64,000 nucleotides of DNA, taken from IMG/VR virus record IMGVR_UViG_3300032309_001794; one strand, written 5' to 3'. Below the pieces are notes generated by a model. That model did no database searches, was not told the DNA's origin, and saw only the letters and a program-made list of their open reading frames with translations. Source of the DNA: an uncultured virus (IMG/VR IMGVR_UViG_3300032309_001794) (Duplodnaviria; Heunggongvirae; Uroviricota; Caudoviricetes). A program made the translations under genes and the position numbers. Positions 1-9,749 of the stretch are shown piece after piece (within the stretch, counting starts at the first letter, position 1; each line of letters opens with the position of its first letter).

Positions 1-112
1 CACAAACAAACATGTAACCCTTCCGCCATGAAAGAAGCAGAAAACGATGCTAAGTTAGAAGCTGCGGGCTGGTTATCACCGTCCCATGAAGGCGATATAG
101 ATATGGATTACC

Positions 113-418
113 ATGGCAAACAAGGATCATAAAGGCGCTAAGAAGTACGTTGTTGGTACTTATGAGGGTTCTAAACAAAATGGTGGGCGTAAGATTGAAG
201 TAACTAAGTACAAGGGTAAAGACGGTAAGTGGCACACCACTTCAGAAAACAAAGCCCGCGCTGACTATGAAAAAGCTCATGGCAAAGGATCTGCTAAGGG
301 CAAAGACGTAGATCACAAAGATAACAATAAGAACAATGACTCTAAGAAAAATCTTAGAGCTATCTCTAAAAGTGAAAATGTCGCTAAAGAAAATAAGCGT
401 CGAGCAGGAAAGAAGTAA
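113..418 (+). CDS. Small basic HNH-motif protein
   Basis: DVDHKDNNKNNDSKKNLRAISKSEN resembles the H-N-H/N beta-beta-alpha motif; very Lys-rich. Confidence 0.6.
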   Translation: MANKDHKGAKKYVVGTYEGSKQNGGRKIEVTKYKGKDGKWHTTSENKARADYEKAHGKGSAKGKDVDHKDNNKNNDSKKNLRAISKSENVAKENKRRAGKK

Positions 419-422
419 AGCA

Positions 423-707
423 GTGGCTAAATCAGAAGCATGGCAAAGAAAAGAAGGCAAGAACGAAAAAGGCGGCCTTAATGAAAAAGGCCGTAAGTCA
501 TATGAAAAGGCAAACCCAGGTTCTAATTTAAAGCCGCCAGTTAAGAAGGCAGAGGCTGCAAAGTCAAAGAAATCAGCAGCTAGACGTAAATCTTTCTGCT
601 CTCGTATGTGCGGAATGAAGAGCAAGAACACTTCTTCTAAAACAGCAAAAGACCCTAATAGCCGCATCAACAAGTCACTTCGTGCTTGGGATTGCAACTG
701 TAGCTAA
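423..707 (+). CDS. Basic phage protein, DUF6321-like
   Basis: GTG at 423 just after the previous stop; motifs AWQRKEGKN..GGLN..GR and RRKSFCSRM..DPNSRINKSLRAWDC recognised from memory. Confidence 0.6.
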   Translation: MAKSEAWQRKEGKNEKGGLNEKGRKSYEKANPGSNLKPPVKKAEAAKSKKSAARRKSFCSRMCGMKSKNTSSKTAKDPNSRINKSLRAWDCNCS

Positions 708-715
708 GGAACACA

Positions 716-1147
716 ATGAGTTTAATTGAAGAACTAGAAGGCGTATTAGGGGATGTAGTAGTCCTTTATTTCCGCACCCATGGGTACCATTGGAACGTAG
801 AAGGTTCTGATTTCCAGGAATACCACGCCCTTTTTGAAACTATCTATGAAGATATATACAGCTCTATCGACCCGTTAGCTGAGAACCTCCGTAAGTTAGA
901 TTCCTATGCTCCTTTTAAACTTGAGTCCTTTGCTAAACTAAGCACTCTAGACGATAGTCGTGTTGCTACAGACCCTAGATCAATGGCTTCGGATTTACTG
1001 TCCGCAAACGAGCATCTTCTTGCTAAACTAAAGACTTGTTTTAATACGGCTAACGATGCAGATGAGCAAGGAATTGCTAATTTTATTGCTGAGCGTATAG
1101 ACATGCACCAGAAATGGCGCTGGCAATTAAAAGCCAGTACAAAGTAA
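716..1147 (+). CDS. dps: Dps / DNA-binding ferritin-like protein
   Basis: HWNVEG..F..YHALFE..Y..D..AE signature and C-terminal HQKWRWQL; 143 aa; AAGGA RBS. Confidence 0.9.
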   Translation: MSLIEELEGVLGDVVVLYFRTHGYHWNVEGSDFQEYHALFETIYEDIYSSIDPLAENLRKLDSYAPFKLESFAKLSTLDDSRVATDPRSMASDLLSANEHLLAKLKTCFNTANDADEQGIANFIAERIDMHQKWRWQLKASTK

Positions 1148-1156
1148 AGGATTAAA

Positions 1157-1474
1157 ATGACAAAGTGTAATAACTGCGACCTTCCAGCAGACTACGTGTT
1201 TTCTCCAAGAGGAGCAACAACATCGTACTACTGTAAGTCATGCGTACCTTGGACCCTTAAAGAAAAACTACGCACTGGCGAATTAGACAAAGTTACTGAT
1301 ACTTCAGAACCCGTTGTTGAAGAAAATACCGAAGCAGTGGCTGAACCTGAAGCAGTGGCTGAAGAAGTTGTTGAAGAAGTTGTTGAATTACCGGAGGCAC
1401 AAGAAGAAGTGGACGCACCAAAGCCTGCCCCGCGTAAAAAGAAAGCAGTTGCTCAGCCAGATAGCGAAAGCTAA
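1157..1474 (+). CDS. Hypothetical protein, N-terminal Cys4 zinc finger and acidic tail
   Basis: CNNC...CKSC; E/V/A-rich C-terminus; AAGGA RBS. Confidence 0.6.
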   Translation: MTKCNNCDLPADYVFSPRGATTSYYCKSCVPWTLKEKLRTGELDKVTDTSEPVVEENTEAVAEPEAVAEEVVEEVVELPEAQEEVDAPKPAPRKKKAVAQPDSES

Positions 1475-1476
1475 TT

Positions 1477-1749
1477 ATGAGCGGCAGAGTTGAACGAATT
1501 CAAACAAAACAAGCTCATCCAGTTCCAACAACAGGTGGTCCGGCTAAAGGACCTTTCCCCCCAGAACTATTTAGATCTCCACCTGTAATAGAGCATTATG
1601 AATCTAGAACTGGAAACGGCGGTCCAGAAATTCCGGATGAAGGTACGGCTCAAAATGGTTTTAGAGCTTTTAAATGGTTTAAATGCAAGCTATGTGAGAC
1701 TCTAGTTAAAGAGGATGAACTAGACTCTCATAAATGTCCTGAGGATTAA
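1477..1749 (+). CDS. Hypothetical protein with C-terminal Cys/His zinc-binding motif
   Basis: CKLC...HKC; tight packing with neighbours. Confidence 0.6.
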   Translation: MSGRVERIQTKQAHPVPTTGGPAKGPFPPELFRSPPVIEHYESRTGNGGPEIPDEGTAQNGFRAFKWFKCKLCETLVKEDELDSHKCPED

Positions 1750-1752
1750 ACA

Positions 1753-2532
1753 ATGGATAAAACTCCTGAGTATGACGACATTATGGCTATGCTCAATGGC
1801 ACCTATGATTTAAATGCTAATTACAAACCGGGTACTAACCCTAAAGATATAGCCGAAGGTCCTGAAACCTGGATACCGTCTATGGTACAAGACAACATCA
1901 ATACCGCTGATAAAGTTTTGTATCCTGAAAACCCTAGCAATCTGCCTCCAAACTTAGCTGCTGTACCTATTGTTCCAGGTCTTCGTAACCTTACATACGT
2001 AGGTCCTACTCGTGATTTCTATGGAAAAGAACTTAAAACTGGATACAAGTACCCAACTACTCCATCTGGCTTTATAAATTACAATGAAGAAAATGATTAC
2101 AATCGTCAACCAGACGATGATGAAAATGATTATCAAATACCTACTTCTTCAAAGAATCCTCAAAGACCTCGCACAGTGGCCGCGGCATACAATGCTTTTA
2201 ATCAAACATTAACAGTTGTATTTTTAGATAGTACTTTTTATAATTACTACAAAGTAAATGAAAATGAGTGGAATAGTTTTAAAGAGTCCTACTCTAAGGG
2301 AGAGTACATTGCTAGTGTACTAGACTCTAAACCTAGAGGCATTGCTGATGTATCTTCGTTCCCTGCAGAGCACAGAGTAGAGGCCTATGAGGCTGCTCGT
2401 TCTGCGCAACTTAGATATCATTCAACTACCGGTTTCTTACCTAAACCAACTAAACCTAGAGCAACAAGAAGAACTAGCGGCAAACCAACTACAGAGATAA
2501 ATTTTGGAAAACCAGGAAAGTTAATTTTTTAA
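1753..2532 (+). CDS. KTSC-domain protein
   Basis: AYNAFNQTLTVVFLDSTFYNYYKV..EWNSFKESYSKGEYI matches the KTSC pattern. Confidence 0.7.
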   Translation: MDKTPEYDDIMAMLNGTYDLNANYKPGTNPKDIAEGPETWIPSMVQDNINTADKVLYPENPSNLPPNLAAVPIVPGLRNLTYVGPTRDFYGKELKTGYKYPTTPSGFINYNEENDYNRQPDDDENDYQIPTSSKNPQRPRTVAAAYNAFNQTLTVVFLDSTFYNYYKVNENEWNSFKESYSKGEYIASVLDSKPRGIADVSSFPAEHRVEAYEAARSAQLRYHSTTGFLPKPTKPRATRRTSGKPTTEINFGKPGKLIF

Positions 2533-2533
2533 T

Positions 2534-2851
2534 ATGGCTGTTGAACCTAAAGAAATAGGAAATATGTACTGGCACACACTTGAATACCCAGTTAAACCTA
2601 AAGAACTGTGGGAACGTGCGGACACGCAAGAAATTGACCCACCTTTCCGCTATGGCAGTGGCTGGGCAATCCGCCTACCTTTTACTCGTAAGGCAGTGGT
2701 CATAGGCTCTTGGAAAACTTCTCACACTGAAGGAGAAGCTCTTACCTATGCAATTAGAGGTAGATATCTGCCAGAAGAAGAGATAGACTGGGATTTCGTT
2801 CGTTATGGATTAAATGGGGCAGAAAATGATACGACGCAAGCAAGAAACTAA
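2534..2851 (+). CDS. Hypothetical protein
   Basis: 105-aa ORF coupled to neighbours. Confidence 0.6.
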   Translation: MAVEPKEIGNMYWHTLEYPVKPKELWERADTQEIDPPFRYGSGWAIRLPFTRKAVVIGSWKTSHTEGEALTYAIRGRYLPEEEIDWDFVRYGLNGAENDTTQARN

Positions 2852-3068
2852 AGAAAAATCTCGCATTGAACAGCGTGTGGCAGTAATAGAGACCCCTGAC
2901 TTAATTAAATGGGCTGATCAAGCTTTATTTGGCATTGGACGCGGACTTACTGACTGGGGACGTACTGATGAGTACTTTGCCTTAGAAGAGGCTAAGATTG
3001 GCGCTGAGAGCCTCCTAGCGGTACTAGAAGAGTTGATGCGTCGTTCTGAAAATAAAAGGAACTTCTAA
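2826..3068 (+). CDS. Hypothetical helical protein directly upstream of terminase (possible small terminase subunit)
   Basis: Stop overlaps the terminase start (TAATG); function inferred from position only. Confidence 0.5.
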   Translation: MIRRKQETKEKSRIEQRVAVIETPDLIKWADQALFGIGRGLTDWGRTDEYFALEEAKIGAESLLAVLEELMRRSENKRNF

Positions 3069-4642
3069 TGTCTGAAGAACATGAGGAAGAATCCTATCCA
3101 AATGAAAACTTTGAGTTAATTGAAGGTTTTGGTGAGGATGAAGAGGAAGAGCTCGATGAGCTTTCCAAAGAATTTGTAAGACTCTTAGTAGATAAAGTTA
3201 TGGAGTTTATGGTTGCGTTGGTCGGACACGACCTGCACCCATACCAAAAGCCGTTAGCAAAAAGAATTATTGAATCAGTATTGATAAATGACGGCGAAGA
3301 GATAACTGCTCTTGCGGCTCGTCAGTCTGGTAAATCAGAAACTATTGCTAACACAGTGGCCACGCTAATGGTCCTTTTACCTAGGCTAGCAAAAATGTAC
3401 CCTGATCTTTTAGGTAAATTTGGAGACGGTATTTGGGTAGGAACATTTGCCCCTATTCAATCTCAGGCAGAAACTTTATTCTCAAGAATTGTAAGCCGTC
3501 TTACTTCTGAAAGAGCCTTAGAGATTTTAGGCGATCCGGAAATTGACGATAGTCCCGGCAAAAGTCCTGGAGTTGTCCGAAACATTCACCTTAAGAACAG
3601 TGGCTCAACTCTAATGATGATGACAGCTAACCCTAGAGCAAAGATTGAATCTAAGTCTTTTCACTTAATGCTCATTGATGAGTGTCAAGAAGCTGACGAC
3701 TTTGTAGTTGCTAAATCTATTTCCCCTATGGGTGCGTACTACAACGCAACTATGGTTAAAACTGGAACCCCAACTACATTTAAAAATAATTTTTACCGCT
3801 CAATTCAATTAAATAAACGTCGACAGACTGGAAGAAACTCTCGGGTAAATCATTTCCAGTGGGATTGGCGTGATGTATCAAGATTTAACGCTAACTACGA
3901 AAAGTTTATTAAAAAAGAAATGCTTCGCATTGGAGAAGACTCTGATGAATTCCAGATGTCTTACAACTGTAAATGGCTTCTTGAACGAGGCATGTTCGTT
4001 ACATCAAGCATCATGGACGACTTAGGAGATACTTCTCAAGAAGTTGTAAAGAGTTGGTATAAGTCTCCAGTAATTGTGGGAATTGACCCGGCTCGTAAAA
4101 TGGACAGCACAGTGGTCACAGTAGTCTGGGTAGACTGGGATAGGCCCGATGAGTTTGGGTACTACGATCATAGAGTATTAAACTGGATGGAAATTCAGGG
4201 CGATGACTGGGAAGAGCAGTACTACCAAATTGTAAACTTTTTAGGCGCATACGACGTCTTAGCAGTTGGTGTAGACGCAAATGGTGTTGGTGACGCAGTG
4301 GCCCAGCGACTAAAAGTCCTTTTACCTAGAGCTCAGGTAGTACCGTTAACTAGTAGCCCTTCAGAGCAATCAAAGCGTTTTAAGCATTTACAAGCCCTTA
4401 TTCAACGTAAGATGGTGTCATGGCCGTCACACGCTAAGACTCGTCGTTTACGTACTTGGAAGCGCTTTTACCAGCAAATGGTGGATGCTGAAGTTAAGTA
4501 CAAAGGACCTAACTTTACAGTGGCTGCACCAGATGAAGCTCATGCCCATGATGACTTTGTTGACTCTTTGGCTATTGCTTGTTCCATGACACAGGAAATG
4601 GTAATGCCAACAGTAGAAGTTAGTTCTAACCCCTTCTTTTAA
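3068..4642 (+). CDS. Terminase large subunit
   Basis: Walker A AARQSGKS, Walker B LMLIDE, TGTP motif, RNase H-like GIDPA and HDDFVDS. Confidence 0.92.
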   Translation: MSEEHEEESYPNENFELIEGFGEDEEEELDELSKEFVRLLVDKVMEFMVALVGHDLHPYQKPLAKRIIESVLINDGEEITALAARQSGKSETIANTVATLMVLLPRLAKMYPDLLGKFGDGIWVGTFAPIQSQAETLFSRIVSRLTSERALEILGDPEIDDSPGKSPGVVRNIHLKNSGSTLMMMTANPRAKIESKSFHLMLIDECQEADDFVVAKSISPMGAYYNATMVKTGTPTTFKNNFYRSIQLNKRRQTGRNSRVNHFQWDWRDVSRFNANYEKFIKKEMLRIGEDSDEFQMSYNCKWLLERGMFVTSSIMDDLGDTSQEVVKSWYKSPVIVGIDPARKMDSTVVTVVWVDWDRPDEFGYYDHRVLNWMEIQGDDWEEQYYQIVNFLGAYDVLAVGVDANGVGDAVAQRLKVLLPRAQVVPLTSSPSEQSKRFKHLQALIQRKMVSWPSHAKTRRLRTWKRFYQQMVDAEVKYKGPNFTVAAPDEAHAHDDFVDSLAIACSMTQEMVMPTVEVSSNPFF

Positions 4643-4650
4643 TTTTTAGA

Positions 4651-4686
4651 GTTTAGCGCGACATTTACTTATATTAATAGGAAACT
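4651..4686 (+). promoter_or_regulatory. Putative late promoter, copy 1
   Basis: GTTTAgcgcGAC-N18-GAAACT; the same fixed-spacing motif occurs at seven intergenic sites. Confidence 0.6.
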
Positions 4687-4724
4687 TTTAATGAGGATCC
4701 TCAATCCCTTAGGAGAAACATACT

Positions 4725-5129
4725 ATGGCAAGCACCATTGGACCAGCGCCTCAATTCCCTGAGCGCACACCGGTCTCATACGAACGTAAATTCAGCCCAG
4801 CTCAGCCTGGTCTTCGCGGCCCACTTCGCTTCGAAGAAGGTTTGGCAACCGATACCGATATTCCAAATGAATTCGAAAACGGTGCGGCACAGGGTTACAT
4901 CACCCCTCCAGGCCGTCCAAACCACAACCAAAACGTGTTCGAAAAGTACCCAGAAGAAACCATGAGAGAAAGAGCCCATGTTGGCTCTGCTGCATGGGTT
5001 GAAGCCCCAACATACTTGGGCAACTTCTCTGAAGGAGCATTTAGCGACATGGCAGAACTAGCCTTTGAAGAAGAGTTCCGTTCCGGTTCGCACTACCAAC
5101 GTCTAAATCCTGCAACGGTAATAGACTAG
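4725..5129 (+). CDS. Hypothetical protein, probably virion-associated
   Basis: AGGAG RBS, own promoter motif and terminator; lies between terminase and portal. Confidence 0.65.
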   Translation: MASTIGPAPQFPERTPVSYERKFSPAQPGLRGPLRFEEGLATDTDIPNEFENGAAQGYITPPGRPNHNQNVFEKYPEETMRERAHVGSAAWVEAPTYLGNFSEGAFSDMAELAFEEEFRSGSHYQRLNPATVID

Positions 5130-5135
5130 TAAGCA

Positions 5136-5184
5136 GTGGCCCCCCGGCCTCATACCCCTTCTTTGGGGCCGGGTGGCTACTTTT
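5136..5184 (+). terminator. Rho-independent terminator with C-rich loop
   Basis: Stem CCGGCCTCA/TGGGGCCGG extended by GTGGC/GCTAC, loop TACCCCTTCTT, then TTTT. Confidence 0.65.
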
Positions 5185-5197
5185 ACAAAGGACATAT

Positions 5198-5452
5198 ATG
5201 ATAGTCCCTAAGAACCCCCTTTTGTATAACTCTATTTTGAGAATGGAAAAGGCAAAGCACCACGCTGTTAATGGTACAAATTTTGCAGTATCAAAAGATA
5301 TGCCGAGCAAGTACTTAGGTGGGTTTGTAAATGTTAACTCTATGGATGAAATTGATCCTAAGTTAAGAGATTACAAAGAAGAACAAAAAGATAAAGAAAA
5401 GCGCAAAGCCGCTGAACTTAAGCGAGAAAAAAAGAAGAAGAATCTTCTTTAG
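5198..5452 (+). CDS. Hypothetical basic protein
   Basis: AAGGA RBS, 84 aa, Lys-rich C-terminus. Confidence 0.55.
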   Translation: MIVPKNPLLYNSILRMEKAKHHAVNGTNFAVSKDMPSKYLGGFVNVNSMDEIDPKLRDYKEEQKDKEKRKAAELKREKKKKNLL

Positions 5453-5489
5453 AGGGCATTATGAGAATTAATATGGAAGGACGTGGTTT

Positions 5490-7166
5490 GTGAGTATTGA
5501 CTTTAGCCCACCGTCCTATCGTGCGGCGTCGTCTGACCTTACAATCTCCATTTCCCCGCTAGGACTTGTAGAACTAGCTGATGAAGAGTTTGAAGTCCAC
5601 GGACCTCGCCTAAATCGTTACTCCCTTAACTGGGCCATGTACCTAGGACATCACTGGAGTTACCGCCGTGAAATTGGCGAAACCCAGATGGTGTACAACT
5701 ACTACCGTGCATTCACGGATTACATTGTAAACTTTACATTTACAAGAGGCGTTCAATTTAGAAGCGCTAAAGAAACAGAAGCTATTATCCCTGACATTCT
5801 TAAGAGAGTTTGGGAAATAGATAACAATAAGCATGGTGTCCTATGGGAAATGGGGCAACAAGGTGGAGTCTCAGGAGATTGCTTTGTTAAAGTCGCATAT
5901 GAAGAAGGTTGGCAGGACAGTACTGGAAAAATACATCCAGGCCGTGTTCGCATCCTTCCACTTAATTCATCGTTCTGTTTCCCAGAGTTCCACCCGCACG
6001 ACAGAAACCGACTCATCAGATTTAAGTTAAAGTACCGTTTCTGGGGAACTTCTATGGAAGGCACCCGTCAGGTGTACACCTACACCGAAATTCTTACTGA
6101 CGATATGATCGAAGAGTACATCAATGATGAGCTTATTGACTCAAGACCTAATCCACTTGGCGTGGTTCCGGTAGTCCACATTCCAAACGTTCTTGTATCT
6201 GGTTCTCCATGGGGTCTGTCAGACTGCCACGATATTATTGTTCTTAATCGTAACTACAATGAAGTGGCTACAGATGTTGCAGACATTGTTAACTACCACG
6301 CCGCACCAGTTACTGTTATTACTGGCGCAAAAGCCTCTAACTTAGAAAAGGGCCCTAAGAAAGTATGGGGCGGTCTTCCTAAAGACGCTAACGTATTCAA
6401 TCTAGAAGGCGGAGGCAGTGGCTTAAACGGCGCTCTTGAGTACTTAGGAACTGTTAAGCGTGCTATGCATGAAATGGTTGGTGTTCCAGAAACTGCTCTT
6501 GGACAAACTCAGGCAATTTCTAATACCTCAGGTGTTGCGCTTTCTATTACTTTCCAGCCATTGATGAACCGTTGGAATCAAAAGGTAGTTCAATACGGTA
6601 AAGGTCTTGAAGAAATCAATAGTTTGATTATGCGCACTATTGCATTTAAAGAACCAGAACTGCTTAAGTGGAACCCTAATTTTAATGGGCCACTTAAAAA
6701 GGATCAATATCCTGTACTAGACCCTAGTGATCCACTTACTTACCAAAGTTTTGTACATTTTCCACAGCCTCTGCCGTTGGATAAACTTATTGCTCTTAAT
6801 GAAATTCAAACTAAGATGAGTATGGGTCTTGAAAGTCGTGAAGGTGCGTTACGTACTTTAGGCGAAGAGTTCCCTACCGAGAAGCTTGAAGAAATTAGAG
6901 CAGAACTTATTGCCGATGCTCAGTCTGATGGTGCCCTTAATTTGCTTAAGGGTCAGATTAACTCTGCAATACTTTCGTTAACTGGTATGGCTCCTGATGG
7001 AAGCCCTTTGCCTCCACAAATAGGCCCTGATGGTGCTCCAATGCCTACGCCACCTCCGACGCCGTTTGAACAAGAGACAGTGGCCATGCTTCAGTCTGAC
7101 CTTGTTACTAAAGCCTACGGAACAAAAATACCTCAACGAAGAGGACCTGACGCAGACGAAAGTTAG
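5490..7166 (+). CDS. Portal protein (SPP1 gp6-like)
   Basis: 558 aa between terminase and scaffold; NPLGVVPVVHIPN..WGLSD and SGVAL motifs. Confidence 0.85.
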   Translation: MSIDFSPPSYRAASSDLTISISPLGLVELADEEFEVHGPRLNRYSLNWAMYLGHHWSYRREIGETQMVYNYYRAFTDYIVNFTFTRGVQFRSAKETEAIIPDILKRVWEIDNNKHGVLWEMGQQGGVSGDCFVKVAYEEGWQDSTGKIHPGRVRILPLNSSFCFPEFHPHDRNRLIRFKLKYRFWGTSMEGTRQVYTYTEILTDDMIEEYINDELIDSRPNPLGVVPVVHIPNVLVSGSPWGLSDCHDIIVLNRNYNEVATDVADIVNYHAAPVTVITGAKASNLEKGPKKVWGGLPKDANVFNLEGGGSGLNGALEYLGTVKRAMHEMVGVPETALGQTQAISNTSGVALSITFQPLMNRWNQKVVQYGKGLEEINSLIMRTIAFKEPELLKWNPNFNGPLKKDQYPVLDPSDPLTYQSFVHFPQPLPLDKLIALNEIQTKMSMGLESREGALRTLGEEFPTEKLEEIRAELIADAQSDGALNLLKGQINSAILSLTGMAPDGSPLPPQIGPDGAPMPTPPPTPFEQETVAMLQSDLVTKAYGTKIPQRRGPDADES

Positions 7167-7176
7167 GTAACATAAG

Positions 7177-7212
7177 GTTTAGCGAGACATTTCTTTAAAG
7201 ATGTGTTCCGCT
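7177..7212 (+). promoter_or_regulatory. Putative late promoter, copy 2
   Basis: GTTTAGCGAGACATTT matches 4651-4666 at 15 of 16 positions; weak -10 TCCGCT. Confidence 0.55.
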
Positions 7213-7288
7213 ATATACATAATAAATCAGCAGGTCTATCGTGCTAATAATTCGGAAAACGACCTAAATACACAAAGGAATAATCACT

Positions 7289-8050
7289 ATGTCAAAAAGT
7301 GAAAGCGACGTTTTAGGCGTCGAAACGCAGTTTGTTGAACAAACCCCAGAAGTAGAGGTTTCACAAGAATTGACTGATAAGTCATACTCTGAAGAAGATC
7401 TACGCAAGGTACGTGAACAAGAAAAGTCAAAGCTTTACCCTCAAATTGAAAAGCTAAAAGAAGAACTTGATTTTCTTAAGAAAGACCGCGAAGCAGAACT
7501 AGCAGCTAAAGCTGCTGAAGAAGCTAGTCGTGAAGCTGAGAGGGCTGAAAAAGCTAAGAAGAAGCAAGAAGAGGAACTCGAAGTCCGAGAGCTACTAGCT
7601 CTAAAAGAAATTGAGTTTGCCTCCCAGCTAGATGCAGAACGGCAAGAGCGCGAAAAAGCTTTCGCACTTTTAGAACGTGAACGTAACTTCAGCGAACTGC
7701 AGAACTATCGTAATGCTCGTCTTGACGAGGAACGCGATAATATTATTCCTGAACTGATCGACCTCATTACTGGTAACACTCCAGATGAAATTGAGGGAAG
7801 CATTGCAGGACTCAAGGATCGTTCATCGCGAATCCTTGAATCGGCGCAGCAAGCAATGACGTCTGCTCGTCGTGAAATGACAGGGAGCCGTGTAACGGTT
7901 CCTGCGTCAGGACCCCTGGACACCAATTCGGACCAACAAACGTTCACGGCAGAGCAAATTGCCTCCATGTCGGTGAGTGAGTACGCCAAATACCGTGGGA
8001 AACTGCTTGGTCAAGCAGCCTCCGATCGCGGCAAGGGTCTATTCAGCTAG
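7289..8050 (+). CDS. Capsid scaffolding protein
   Basis: E/K/R coiled coil directly upstream of the capsid gene; C-terminal MSVSEYAKYR. Confidence 0.8.
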   Translation: MSKSESDVLGVETQFVEQTPEVEVSQELTDKSYSEEDLRKVREQEKSKLYPQIEKLKEELDFLKKDREAELAAKAAEEASREAERAEKAKKKQEEELEVRELLALKEIEFASQLDAERQEREKAFALLERERNFSELQNYRNARLDEERDNIIPELIDLITGNTPDEIEGSIAGLKDRSSRILESAQQAMTSARREMTGSRVTVPASGPLDTNSDQQTFTAEQIASMSVSEYAKYRGKLLGQAASDRGKGLFS

Positions 8051-8096
8051 CAATAGCTAAATTTCCATTTATATTCTATCTAAGGAGTAACACCAC

Positions 8097-9173
8097 ATGG
8101 CTTCGTCCATTACCGGTACCGGCAACCTAGCCGGTTCCCCAACCGCGTACTCGGGTTCAAACTCGCAGCTTACGCAAGCAATTCAGACAATCTGGTCAAA
8201 GGAAATCCTTTTCCAGTCTATGCCAATCCTTCGCTTTGAACAGTTCGCTGTTAAGAAGACCGAACTTGGCGTAGCACCTGGTCTCCAGATTAACTTCCTA
8301 CGTTACAACAACTTGGGTGCTGCAAACGCACTTGTTGAAGGTGTACGTATGTCAACCAACGCACTGACTGCACAGCAGTTCAGTATCACTGTTGCTGAGC
8401 ATGGCTACGGTATTGCTGTTTCCGAACTTCTATTGAACGCTTCGTTCGATGATGTTATGGCATCCGCTTCCCGCCTTCTTGGCCGCAACATGGCTCTCTA
8501 CCTTGATGGCCAGGCTCGCGATACCCTTTACGCAGCTTCCTCAGTAATTTACGGTGAAGACCGTAGTGCTATTGGTGGAACCAACAACTGGTACGCATAC
8601 GGCGATACTGCTACAAGCAACGCCACACTTGCAGGCGACTCTTACCTATCGACACACACTGTCAAGGATGCAGTTGAGACACTTGCAACCAAGAATATCC
8701 CAAGATTGGGCGAAACCTACGTAGCTTTCGTGCATCCGCACCAGTCACGTCGTCTACGCGACAATCCAGAATTCATCGAAGTAACAAAGTACGCCGCACC
8801 TGGTAACTTCATGCTTGGTGAAATCGGCCGTTTGTACGACTGTGTATTCATTGAAACCACACAGGTTCGTCAAGTTAAGAACGGTGCTGGTACAGGCGCT
8901 ACAGGAACAGATACAGCTCTTGCTACTCCAGAAGGCTACTCAACCGGCGGTGGCTACAGCACACCAATGACACTACAGAATACCGGAAATGCCTCTCGTT
9001 ACGATGCTATCTTCATCGGTGACAACGCCTTTGGTCACGCTATCTCATTGCCAGTTGAACTGCGCGATGGTGGTATTCTTGACTTTGGTCGTGAGCACGC
9101 ACTTGCATGGTACTCAATCTACGGTCTTGGCCTAATCACCGACCAGTCGGTAGTTATCGCTAAAACCAACTAG
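8097..9173 (+). CDS. Major capsid protein (N4-gp56 family)
   Basis: 358 aa; strong AAGGAG RBS; GEIGRLYDCVFIET and DFGRE motifs; followed by a UUCG hairpin. Confidence 0.9.
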   Translation: MASSITGTGNLAGSPTAYSGSNSQLTQAIQTIWSKEILFQSMPILRFEQFAVKKTELGVAPGLQINFLRYNNLGAANALVEGVRMSTNALTAQQFSITVAEHGYGIAVSELLLNASFDDVMASASRLLGRNMALYLDGQARDTLYAASSVIYGEDRSAIGGTNNWYAYGDTATSNATLAGDSYLSTHTVKDAVETLATKNIPRLGETYVAFVHPHQSRRLRDNPEFIEVTKYAAPGNFMLGEIGRLYDCVFIETTQVRQVKNGAGTGATGTDTALATPEGYSTGGGYSTPMTLQNTGNASRYDAIFIGDNAFGHAISLPVELRDGGILDFGREHALAWYSIYGLGLITDQSVVIAKTN

Positions 9174-9183
9174 TAATACCTTT

Positions 9184-9209
9184 GGGAGGGGGCCTTCGGG
9201 CCCCCTTCC
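9184..9209 (+). terminator. Hairpin after the capsid gene (terminator or mRNA stabiliser)
   Basis: GGAGGGGGCC-TTCG-GGCCCCCTTCC with cUUCGg tetraloop; no strong U tract. Confidence 0.65.
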
Positions 9210-9249
9210 TACCACATAAATATCGAGACACTCATTAGGAGAATACATT

Positions 9250-9624
9250 ATGGCCGCAAAGCCTAAAGTGACCGACGTTACAGGTCGTCAGCGTGAAAAG
9301 CTGATTAAAGAAAACGCAGAAGCATTAGCTAAGCGTGCAGAAGAAATGTCTATTGCTACAGCTCTAGACGCAGTCCGTATGGAAACGGAAACAGTTGACC
9401 TATCTAAAGGTTCACAAAACCCAACAGTTATTGATGAAGAAATTGAAAGTGTTGGCGTAGATCTAGCAGACAATACCGTAGTTGTACGTGTTGCAGAAGA
9501 TTTAGACATGATGACTATTGGCGTAGGAAACCATTACAGTTTTAAGGCCGGAGTAAAATACAAGGTCACAAAAAATGTAGCCGAGCACTTGCAAGAAAAA
9601 GGCTATCTTTACGACCGTCTCTAA
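9250..9624 (+). CDS. Hypothetical head-associated protein
   Basis: AGGAG RBS, follows the capsid gene. Confidence 0.65.
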   Translation: MAAKPKVTDVTGRQREKLIKENAEALAKRAEEMSIATALDAVRMETETVDLSKGSQNPTVIDEEIESVGVDLADNTVVVRVAEDLDMMTIGVGNHYSFKAGVKYKVTKNVAEHLQEKGYLYDRL

Positions 9625-9643
9625 TCCTGGTCTTTGTTAGACT

Positions 9644-9685
9644 GCTCGCGCCTATGACCGCCCTCCCATAGGCGCGAGCTTTTTT
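9644..9685 (+). terminator. Rho-independent terminator with C-rich loop
   Basis: Perfect 13-bp stem GCTCGCGCCTATG/CATAGGCGCGAGC, loop ACCGCCCTCC, T6 tail. Confidence 0.85.
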
Positions 9686-9717
9686 ATACAGATTTTATTG
9701 CGCTTAATAGAGATAAT
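9682..9717 (+). promoter_or_regulatory. Putative late promoter, copy 3
   Basis: TTTTAtacaGAT-N18-GATAAT. Confidence 0.5.
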
Positions 9718-9749
9718 AAATCTAGTAACTTATACTAAAGGATAGCTAC

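Noticed and set aside
113..418. Mobile homing endonuclease
   Set aside because: Only a minimal HNH-like motif, with no separate DNA-binding domain or intron context
336..422. N-terminal extension of the ORF-track call 336..707 (similar upstream extensions at 33794, 38247, 45944, 62487)
   Set aside because: Overlaps the upstream gene; downstream starts give better RBS or stop-start coupling
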